Source: an uncultured Erysipelotrichaceae bacterium
GTDB taxonomy: Bacteria; Bacillota_I; Bacilli_A; Erysipelotrichales; Erysipelotrichaceae
DNA length: 32,000 nucleotides
Assembly (NCBI GenBank): GCA_942493105.1
Contig: OW818668.1
Location: 1,680,001 to 1,712,000 of the forward strand
Direction: 5' to 3'
Numbering within the stretch: the stretch's first letter is position 1; each line of letters starts with the position of its first letter. The notes under the pieces were generated by a model. It saw only the letters and a program-made list of their open reading frames with translations. It did not search any database and was not told where the DNA came from. This document shows, one piece after another, positions 8,679 to 16,026 of the stretch. Both the position numbers and the translations under genes were made by a program.

Positions 8679-9245
8679 CTATTCATCGTGTTGTTTATAA
8701 TCTTTTAAAATTGCCAAGCGAGGATCAATTTCGGTTGATTTGGATTTCTGATAATCCTCTTCCGATATGACTTCCCAACCATCCCCTTTAGGATACGACT
8801 TTAATCCAGGTTTGACAAGTGTTATGGGTTTTTCAAGCCATATGGCATTGAGAACACCAACACTTAAATCTAATCCGTCTTTTTCAATCACATAAACATC
8901 AGGGTCATTCTCATCATTGAACCCATACACCAAATCTGCGTTGGTTTCAAATTCATAATCGACATCTTCAAGCGTAATCGCACAGGGCACGATCATCTTA
9001 CCGGTGATTCTCAATGAAGCTAAGACATGATCGTTGTCTTTCTCGTAAAAGAGTTTCCCGCTTACTCGAATGTTTTCCAAGCGACGTATGCCCATCTGGG
9101 CTGGGATTTTCTCAAAGCTGATTTCAGATTCGAAATCAAGTTCTTGTTCTTTTAGAGTGAACAACTCATGTTTCGTCCATTTCACAGATTCACCTAAAGT
9201 GTCAACGTTGATATTATAGGCAATATGTTGCTTAAAGTCAAACAT
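8679..9245 (-). CDS. yceD: YceD/DUF177 family protein (large ribosomal subunit accumulation protein)
   Basis: 188 aa. Sits in the conserved position immediately upstream of rpmF. Has an acidic C-terminal region and the ...PCAITLEDV... core typical of DUF177. Confidence 0.8.
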   Translation of the reverse strand: MFDFKQHIAYNINVDTLGESVKWTKHELFTLKEQELDFESEISFEKIPAQMGIRRLENIRVSGKLFYEKDNDHVLASLRITGKMIVPCAITLEDVDYEFETNADLVYGFNDENDPDVYVIEKDGLDLSVGVLNAIWLEKPITLVKPGLKSYPKGDGWEVISEEDYQKSKSTEIDPRLAILKDYKQHDE

Positions 9246-9318
9246 TAGTTATTAGATTTCCAGCGCTCACATTACCTTTTCAGTGACACAGTCTTTTAGA
9301 ATATGATACAGTAGATTC

Positions 9319-10440
9319 ATGACTAAAATTACTGGGATCGTTGTTGAATACAACCCCTTCCACAATGGACACGCTTACCACATTCAGAAGGCTAAAGAAT
9401 TGACGCAATGTGATGTTTTAGTTGCAGTCATGAGCGGTCATTTCGTACAGCGCGGCGAACCTGCCATTCTTGATAAATGGGTCCGTACTCAGGCTGCTTT
9501 AGAGGCTGGGATCGATTTGGTGATTGAGTTGCCCTTTGCCTATGCGGTTCAAAGTGCCACACAGTTTGCCCAAAGTGCCATTACCTTGCTTCATTTGGCG
9601 GGATGTACTGAACTTGTCTTTGGATCTGAAACCAATGATTTAGAATCGCTTCAAGTCATGGCAGATTGTCCCATCAATGTGGATGCATTAAAAGAAAATC
9701 TTAAACAAGGATATGGTTATCCTAGATCTTATGGAATGATTCAAGGTGCTTTTGCCCCAAATGATATTTTAGGAATAGCTTATTTGCGAACAGCTAAAGA
9801 ATACAAGATGATTGCACATTGTATTCAAAGAACCAATGCCTACCATGATGTAAATTTAGATCATGAAATTGCCAGTGCAACAGCAATCCGAAAAGCTGCC
9901 TTGGAAAGTCAGGATGTATCAAAATATACTCCAATGGCTGATCAATTACTAAAGCATCAACTTGTTGAATATTCGATGTTTTATCCTTTCATACGTTTGA
10001 AACTTCTTACGACTCCAAAAGAACAATTAACTGCTTTGTTTATGATGGAAGAAGGCATGGAAAATCATTTGGTTAAGATGGCTATACAACACGATACTTA
10101 TGAATCGTTCATACTTAAGGCCGTCAGTAAACGTTATACCAAAGCTCGTATCCAAAGAACTTTAGCTCATCTTTTAGTACATACCTTAAAAATCGAGATG
10201 AAACAACTTCCCGAACTAAACAGCTTAAGGATCTTAGGTTTTAGTGATCATGGTCGCACACATTTAAAGAATCTTCAGAAAAATGAGGTTCGTGTTGCCT
10301 CAAGATACAATCAGATTCCCTTGCCTTATCGGCGTTTGGAATATCGTGCTACTTTAGTGTATGCTTCAGTGCTTGATCGTGAAGCTCGAAATCATTTGGT
10401 TCAACGGGAAATTGAAGGTCCCATTATTAAAAAAGACTAA
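9319..10440 (+). CDS. tmcAL: tRNA(Met) cytidine acetate ligase (YlbM/UPF0348 nucleotidyltransferase)
   Basis: Starts MTKITGIVVEYNPFHNGHAYHIQKAKE, the HxGH nucleotidyltransferase motif in the YlbM context. About 370 aa. Located next to yceD-rpmF as in Bacillus, but divergently oriented here. Confidence 0.85.
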   Translation: MTKITGIVVEYNPFHNGHAYHIQKAKELTQCDVLVAVMSGHFVQRGEPAILDKWVRTQAALEAGIDLVIELPFAYAVQSATQFAQSAITLLHLAGCTELVFGSETNDLESLQVMADCPINVDALKENLKQGYGYPRSYGMIQGAFAPNDILGIAYLRTAKEYKMIAHCIQRTNAYHDVNLDHEIASATAIRKAALESQDVSKYTPMADQLLKHQLVEYSMFYPFIRLKLLTTPKEQLTALFMMEEGMENHLVKMAIQHDTYESFILKAVSKRYTKARIQRTLAHLLVHTLKIEMKQLPELNSLRILGFSDHGRTHLKNLQKNEVRVASRYNQIPLPYRRLEYRATLVYASVLDREARNHLVQREIEGPIIKKD

Positions 10441-10453
10441 ATTTAGTCTTTTT
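10430..10453. terminator. Palindromic bidirectional terminator shared by the convergent tmcAL and tagD
   Basis: AAAAAGACTAAA|TTTAGTCTTTTT is a perfect 24-nt palindrome centred at 10441/10442. It contains both stop codons (TAA 10438-10440 on the plus strand, TAA 10445-10443 on the minus strand). T-rich tracts follow it in both transcription directions. Confidence 0.6.
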
Positions 10454-10853
10454 GTTTGTCTTTTGATGCTTGTTCAAGATCCCGTTTGATTTTGGTTGTG
10501 GAGACACCTTCTGTCCTAGGAAGATAAACCACTTCACATAAATCGTTTAAGTAATCAAACTTCCCTTTCCAATCATCACCGATTGCGAATACATCCACCT
10601 CATATTTTGTGATATCGCTGCGTTTTTGTCCCCAATCAGATTCTGGAATGACCAAATCAACAAAACGAATCGATTCCAACATTAATTTTCTTTCCTGATA
10701 AGAATGATAGGCTTTTTTTCCTTTAAACTCATTGATCTCATCGGTTGATAAAGCAACGATCAAGTAATCACCCAAGGCTCTAGCCCTTTTCAACAATCTG
10801 ATATGACCCCAATGTAATAAATCATAGGTACCATATGTGATTACTCTTTTCAT
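10443..10853 (-). CDS. tagD: Glycerol-3-phosphate cytidylyltransferase
   Basis: Starts MKRVITYGTYDLLHWGHIRLLKRARALGDYLIV (HxGH motif) and carries the RTEGVSTT signature near the C-terminus. Size (136 aa) fits TagD/TarD. Its ATG directly follows the yebC stop (TAAATG). Confidence 0.88.
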   Translation of the reverse strand: MKRVITYGTYDLLHWGHIRLLKRARALGDYLIVALSTDEINEFKGKKAYHSYQERKLMLESIRFVDLVIPESDWGQKRSDITKYEVDVFAIGDDWKGKFDYLNDLCEVVYLPRTEGVSTTKIKRDLEQASKDKQKD

Positions 10854-11570
10854 TTATTCCTCCACATTATGATAGACATTTTGAACATCGTCTATCTCAT
10901 CCAGCATACTCATTAAACGATCAAACATTTCTTTGTCTTCGCCTTCGACTTTGACCCGTTCTTGAGGAATCATCGTGTTTTCCAGCACTTCAAATTCAAC
11001 ATCAGGAATCAAAGATTCAATGGCAGTCTTTGCTGCATATAAAGAAGTTGGTGCAACATAAACGGTCATGATTTCTTCTTCTAGTTCAATGTCTTGAACA
11101 TCCACTTCATGTTCAACCAACACATCCAACATTGCGCCTTCATCAGCATACTTAAAAGAAAGGATACCGACATGATCAAACATATGAGCTACTGAACCAC
11201 CAACTCCCATTTTTGATTTGCTTTTTGTAAAACAGGTTCTGACTTCACTGACCGTACGATTGACATTATCCGTTAAACAATCCACGATGATGTTAGAATT
11301 ATTGGGTCCAAAACCTTCATATCGAACACTGGTATAAGATTCATCAGATCCGCCTTTGGCTTTCTCGATGGCTCTTTTGATGACTTCTGCTGGTACTTGA
11401 TTGATTTTCGCCTTAGCAATCATTTGTTTTAAGCCTTGATTCATTTCAGGATCAGGAACTCCTGCTTTAGCCGCCATATAAATTTCTTTCCCAAAACGAG
11501 AATATACTTTTGTTTTAACCGCATTGGTTCTGGCCATTGCAGCTTTTCTTACTTCAAATGCACGTCCCAT
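10854..11570 (-). CDS. yebC: YebC/PmpR family DNA-binding regulator / translation-associated protein
   Basis: Reads MGRAFEVRKAAMARTNAVKTKVYSRFGKEIYMAAK...YEGFGPNN, canonical YebC family sequence. 238 aa. Confidence 0.92.
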   Translation of the reverse strand: MGRAFEVRKAAMARTNAVKTKVYSRFGKEIYMAAKAGVPDPEMNQGLKQMIAKAKINQVPAEVIKRAIEKAKGGSDESYTSVRYEGFGPNNSNIIVDCLTDNVNRTVSEVRTCFTKSKSKMGVGGSVAHMFDHVGILSFKYADEGAMLDVLVEHEVDVQDIELEEEIMTVYVAPTSLYAAKTAIESLIPDVEFEVLENTMIPQERVKVEGEDKEMFDRLMSMLDEIDDVQNVYHNVEE

Positions 11571-11601
11571 GGTGAATACCTCTTACCTTTTTAACGTTTC
11601 T

Positions 11602-11630
11602 ATTATAAACAAATTCAGACTACTTTACAA
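11602..11630 (-). promoter_or_regulatory. Sigma-A-type promoter for yebC-tagD
   Basis: The minus strand reads TTGTAA-17 nt-TATAAT, with -35 at 11625-11630 and -10 at 11602-11607. This is about 30 nt upstream of the yebC ATG and immediately after the pheT stop. Confidence 0.55.
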
Positions 11631-11634
11631 ATGC

Positions 11635-14019
11635 TTAAGTCCTCAATATTGCCCCAATTTGTGTTTTCAAAGCTTCTATGATTTTTGCAAAATGGGTTTG
11701 GATTTCATCATCATTAAGGGTATGATCCGTTGCTTGAAACGTCATCGTGATGGCCAATGATTTCTTACCTTGTTCAACATGCTCTCCCGTATACACATCA
11801 AAAACTTCTACATTCTTAACCAAAGGTTTTGCAGCATCTGTGATGATTTTTTCGATTTGAGCAGCACTGATACTAGAATCCACCACCAATGCAATGTCTC
11901 TTAGTACGGAAGGAACCTTGATTATGGGATTGTATTTGATCTTTGCTATCTTGGTTTTAAGTAAAGGTTCTAGGTTGAGTTCAGCCATAAGGATTGAATC
12001 GATTCCAAGTTTTTGAGACAAGAATGGATGGATTCTGCCCATGATCCCAAGTTCTGTTTTATCCAAAAATACTTTCGCACTTTGATATGGATGGAAGAAA
12101 GGATGATCCCCAACGGCTTCGAAACGTATTCTACCAATCGCATATCCACTTTCAACCAACAACTGCTCAATGATGCCTTTTAAGCTATAAAAATCAGCTT
12201 CGCGGGTTTCTTTTTGCCAACGATTGATGGTAATCGATCCGCTTTGCACTAAGGCAATACGCTCTTGAGTAAAATCGATATGGCTTAATGTAGAAATTTC
12301 AAATAACTGGAAATCTTTCATCTTGTGTGACTGATTGTAGATGACCGTCTCAAATACACTGTTCAACAGGTTATTTCTGACATATTGACGCTCATCTGAC
12401 AAAGGTGAAATCAAAGCTTGCGGATTGGCTAAAGGATTTACCCCTTCGAGGGTCTTGTCTTTGTTTACTAGTGTGTATGTGATGATTTCATTCATCCCAA
12501 AACCCACGCACAACGAACGAATTTTATTTCTTAATTGTTGACGTTGGTCATAACCGCCTAAAGTCATCGGCATCAAAGGTAAGGTTCCCTTAAGGTTATG
12601 ATATCCCACAAAGCGACCTACTTCTTCGATCAGATCTTGAGCCACTTCGATATCCAATCGAGTTGTTGGGATATGACACACGATCATTTGATCTTCTAAT
12701 TTAGGATTGAAGCGTAAAACTTTAAAAATCTCCAAGACTTTTTCGATAGGATACACATCCCCTAATAGATCATTGATGTGTTGAGGGTGAACTTTAACAA
12801 TCTTCTCTGGTGTGCTCGGTGTGCCATAAAACACCGTTTTTTCAATCTCTTTGGCATCTGCCAATTCAATCAACAGTTGAGTTGATCGCATGACAGCCTT
12901 ATGCGCCGCATTAAGATCCAAACCTTTCTGGAACCTTAAAGAAGCTTCTGTCATCAAATTGACGCGTCGTGAAGTGTGTCGAATTTGGGCTGGTGAAAAC
13001 TGCGCAGCTTCGATGATGATCCCATGGGTCGACTCATCGATCTTACTGTCATCCCCCCCCATGATCCCGGCTAAACCGATATGTTTACCTTGACAGGTTA
13101 TGACGATGTCTTCTTTATGCAGGTGAATATCAGATTCATCTAAAGTTTTTACGATGCCTAATTGGTTATCTTTTACGGTGATTTCAGGGGCAGCTAATTT
13201 TGAGGAATCATAGAAATGTAAAGGCTGTCCGGTTTCAATCATGACATAGTTTGATATATCGACCACATTATTGATGGCTTTGAACCCTAAGGCATTTAGT
13301 GCCTGTTTCATCCATAAAGGTGAATCTTTAACAGTAAGTTGACCTATCTTTTTACCGATGAATAAGGGACATTTAAGCGTCTCTGAGGCGACTTTTAGGG
13401 AGGTTGCTTGGCCTATGTGCTCAACCGATACATAATCAGGAAGAGTTACTTTTCGATCAAACAAAGCCCCAACTTCATACGCTAGAGACCACAACGCATT
13501 ACAGTCTGACCGATTTGGGGTCAATTTAACTTCTAGTATGACATCATCAAGGCCAAGGTAAACTAAAGGATCTTGTCCAATAGGAGCCTTGTTATCCAAT
13601 ACTTCTATGCCTGATTTTTGATCATCAGATAGTGTTTTAGGATCGACTCCTAATTCAAGCAAGGAACAGATCATCCCATTGGATTCAATGCCTTTGATCA
13701 TTGTTTTTTTAATGGTGATCTTAGGCAATACTGAGCCATTTTGGGCAACGATCACTTTTTGACCTGCTTTGACATTAGGAGCTCCGCAAATGATCGATAA
13801 GACTTCTTTCCCTATGTTGACAGTCGTTTGACTTAAATGATCTGAATCCGGATGAGGAATGCATGTTAAAACTTCCCCAATGACCAAATTAGTTCCTTGA
13901 GCCAAATAGGTTCTGCCCTCTGCTTCAAGACCCGCAAAGGTCAAACGATCAGACAGTTCATCTATTGAGATGCCTTGCAGATCAACATATCTGCCTAGCC
14001 ATTTTGTGCTTATTTTCAT
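11635..14019 (-). CDS. pheT: Phenylalanine--tRNA ligase beta subunit
   Basis: 794 aa. Starts MKISTKWLGRYVDL and has the tRNA-binding, B3/4 (GIMGG), B5 and FDX-ACB domain order. Directly follows pheS. Confidence 0.97.
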   Translation of the reverse strand: MKISTKWLGRYVDLQGISIDELSDRLTFAGLEAEGRTYLAQGTNLVIGEVLTCIPHPDSDHLSQTTVNIGKEVLSIICGAPNVKAGQKVIVAQNGSVLPKITIKKTMIKGIESNGMICSLLELGVDPKTLSDDQKSGIEVLDNKAPIGQDPLVYLGLDDVILEVKLTPNRSDCNALWSLAYEVGALFDRKVTLPDYVSVEHIGQATSLKVASETLKCPLFIGKKIGQLTVKDSPLWMKQALNALGFKAINNVVDISNYVMIETGQPLHFYDSSKLAAPEITVKDNQLGIVKTLDESDIHLHKEDIVITCQGKHIGLAGIMGGDDSKIDESTHGIIIEAAQFSPAQIRHTSRRVNLMTEASLRFQKGLDLNAAHKAVMRSTQLLIELADAKEIEKTVFYGTPSTPEKIVKVHPQHINDLLGDVYPIEKVLEIFKVLRFNPKLEDQMIVCHIPTTRLDIEVAQDLIEEVGRFVGYHNLKGTLPLMPMTLGGYDQRQQLRNKIRSLCVGFGMNEIITYTLVNKDKTLEGVNPLANPQALISPLSDERQYVRNNLLNSVFETVIYNQSHKMKDFQLFEISTLSHIDFTQERIALVQSGSITINRWQKETREADFYSLKGIIEQLLVESGYAIGRIRFEAVGDHPFFHPYQSAKVFLDKTELGIMGRIHPFLSQKLGIDSILMAELNLEPLLKTKIAKIKYNPIIKVPSVLRDIALVVDSSISAAQIEKIITDAAKPLVKNVEVFDVYTGEHVEQGKKSLAITMTFQATDHTLNDDEIQTHFAKIIEALKTQIGAILRT

Positions 14020-14028
14020 ACTTGCCTC

Positions 14029-15054
14029 CTACTCAAACCGAGTAAACGTCGATAAGAAACGTAAATCATTGGTGTAAAAATGCCGGATATCATCAATACC
14101 ATATTTCAGCAAAGCCACTCTTTCAACTCCCAAACCAAACGCAAAACCACTGACTTTATTTTCATCGAAGCCAGCCATCTTCAAGACATTGGGATGAACC
14201 ATCCCTGCTCCTAAGATTTCGATCCAACCAGTTTGATGACAAGTAGAGCAGCCTTTCCCATTACAAATGTGACAGGATACATCGACTTCAACTGAAGGTT
14301 CTGTGAATTGGAAATACGAAGGTCTAAAACGAATGGTACGACTTTCACCAAACATGCGTTTCGCCAAGAGTTCCAAAGTGCCTTTTAAATCTGCCATCGA
14401 AATCTTTTCTCCGACCACCAATCCTTCAATTTGAACGAACTGGTGTGAATGGGTCGCATCGTCATCATCCTTACGATAGACCTTCCCTGGACAAATGACT
14501 TTTACAGGAGTTTGACCATTATAGGATTCTAAAGTACGCGTTTGGATCGCAGTCGTATGGGTCCTTAATAACCAATCCATATTGATATAAAAAGTATCCT
14601 GCATGTCTCGAGCCGGATGATCTTGAGGGATATTGGCACGTTCAAAATTATAGTAATCTCGTTCGACTTCAGGACCTTCTTTGATGAGATAACCCATTGA
14701 GATGAAGTGTTCTTCAATTTCTTTTTGGACTAAAGTTAAAGGATGAAGAGTTCCAACTCTTAGTTTTGTTGAAGGCAATGTGAGATCAATTTTATCTTTT
14801 TGAAGTTCAGATAAAATGGATTGGTGTTGGATTCGCTCTAAAGCAGTCGCATAATCTTGTTCAAGGGTTTGTTTCAACACATTGACCTGTGCTCCAAATT
14901 TTGGTTTTTCAAGTGGACTAAGATCTTTCATTTGAGCCATTAAACCTGCTACTTTACCTTTTTTCGATAAGTAGAGATTATAGACTTCTTGAAGTTGAGT
15001 CTTGTCTTGAGCCTTCAGTAAGGCTTCTTGAGCTTCTTTTAGTAAGTTTTCCAT
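14029..15054 (-). CDS. pheS: Phenylalanine--tRNA ligase alpha subunit
   Basis: 341 aa with class II motifs (HPARDMQDTFY, FRPSYFQFTEPS, GLGVERVALL). Confidence 0.97.
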   Translation of the reverse strand: MENLLKEAQEALLKAQDKTQLQEVYNLYLSKKGKVAGLMAQMKDLSPLEKPKFGAQVNVLKQTLEQDYATALERIQHQSILSELQKDKIDLTLPSTKLRVGTLHPLTLVQKEIEEHFISMGYLIKEGPEVERDYYNFERANIPQDHPARDMQDTFYINMDWLLRTHTTAIQTRTLESYNGQTPVKVICPGKVYRKDDDDATHSHQFVQIEGLVVGEKISMADLKGTLELLAKRMFGESRTIRFRPSYFQFTEPSVEVDVSCHICNGKGCSTCHQTGWIEILGAGMVHPNVLKMAGFDENKVSGFAFGLGVERVALLKYGIDDIRHFYTNDLRFLSTFTRFE

Positions 15055-15061
15055 ATTTTCC

Positions 15062-15262
15062 TCCCGAAAATAAAAAAATCGTCCCTACAGGAACGAAATG
15101 ATCGCGGTACCATCCTGCTTTGTCTTTCGACACAGCTTAATCCGATAACGGCGGATCCGTGAGTGATTAGCTCCTCCTAGGGGTGAATTTTGAGTCATGA
15201 TGCACTTTCAGCATTTGTGCTTCTCTCTAAAGTGACCCATACTATGTCCCTATGCGATTTCT
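15062..15262 (-). promoter_or_regulatory. T-box riboswitch leader (Phe, specifier UUC) controlling pheST
   Basis: Minus-strand RNA elements, 5' to 3':
- Stem I with the AGAGAG bay
- Specifier ...CAAAAUUCACCC, i.e. UUC followed by A (UUC = plus-strand 15185-15187)
- T-box sequence GGAUGGUACCGCG
- Terminator UCGUUCC-UGUA-GGGACGA followed by U7, then a GGGAGG RBS and the pheS ATG. Confidence 0.9.
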
Positions 15263-15267
15263 AACCT

Positions 15268-15295
15268 ATTATATCAAAACTAAATCAAAGTTCAA
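15268..15295 (-). promoter_or_regulatory. Sigma-A-type promoter of the pheST T-box leader
   Basis: The minus strand reads TTGAAC-16 nt-TATAAT with an upstream TGn (extended -10). The -35 is at 15290-15295 and the -10 at 15268-15273. It abuts the stop of the TrmH-family gene. Confidence 0.65.
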
Positions 15296-15296
15296 A

Positions 15297-16025
15297 TCAT
15301 TTCCTAAAATGATAACACAAGATCCCACAGGCAACCGCAACATTTAGTGATTCAAATGAGGAACTTTCAATGAGAATGTTTTGATCACATTGATCAAAAA
15401 TCTCATCTGAGACTCCCGATCCTTCATTGCCCAAAACGATGGCGACAGGTACCGTTGGCTGAATATTCGACAATTCGATGGCTTCACTCAATGCGGTCCC
15501 ATACACTTTTATGCCCGATTTCTTAATCTCTTTGAGGAATTCAGAAAGATCGGTTTGAACACAATCAATGTGAAATAAAGCCCCTTGGGTTGCACGTATG
15601 ACCTTTTCATTGGTAAAATCTACACAATCTTTCGAACATATGATCTGATCAAATCCAAAAGCCGTTGCGGTACGAATAATTGTTCCAAGATTGCCGGGAT
15701 CTTGAATTCGATCACACAGGATCATGCGTTCACCAAGCTTCTGCATTGATTTCCTAAAATGACATATAGCCATGATGGAACCTTGAGATTGTATTTGAGA
15801 TACTTTCTTGAATACTTTCTCACTTAAAACAAGCGACCTGATTTCAGGATATGGGTTTTCTCGTCCTTCACTCAACAAAATCAAATCAACAGCCTGTGCT
15901 TTAAAAGCCTCTTGGACCAAATGATCCCCTTCAACCAAAAACTGTCCAGTTTCCTGTCGGTTTTTGGCTTGTTGAAGGGAGACCCAATATTTAACTTGAG
16001 AATTTGTAAGTGAGTCGATGAACAT
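15297..16025 (-). CDS. TrmH/SpoU family RNA 2'-O-methyltransferase (YsgA/RlmB-like)
   Basis: N-terminus MFIDSLTNSQVKYW...FLVEGDHLVQEA, with SpoU motifs (DPGNLGTIIRTA, LGNEGSGVS, SLNVAVA). Start set to the ATG at 16025, 1 nt after the ileS stop. The longer ORF-track form would overlap ileS. The position upstream of pheS mirrors Bacillus ysgA. Confidence 0.85.
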   Translation of the reverse strand: MFIDSLTNSQVKYWVSLQQAKNRQETGQFLVEGDHLVQEAFKAQAVDLILLSEGRENPYPEIRSLVLSEKVFKKVSQIQSQGSIMAICHFRKSMQKLGERMILCDRIQDPGNLGTIIRTATAFGFDQIICSKDCVDFTNEKVIRATQGALFHIDCVQTDLSEFLKEIKKSGIKVYGTALSEAIELSNIQPTVPVAIVLGNEGSGVSDEIFDQCDQNILIESSSFESLNVAVACGILCYHFRK

Positions 16026-16026
16026 G

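Noticed and set aside
8523-8708. 61-aa plus-strand ORF in the yceD-esterase gap.
   Set aside because: It is the antisense shadow of rpmF (L32, 8502..8666, minus strand). The rpmF translation is an unmistakable L32 zinc ribbon with a GGAGGTG RBS.
13053-13060. C8 (G8 on the coding strand) homopolymer inside pheT. Considered as a possible slippage or phase-variation tract.
   Set aside because: It encodes the conserved GIMGGDD motif in frame in an essential gene. There is no evidence of a frameshift, so it is most likely just codon choice (GGG GGG).
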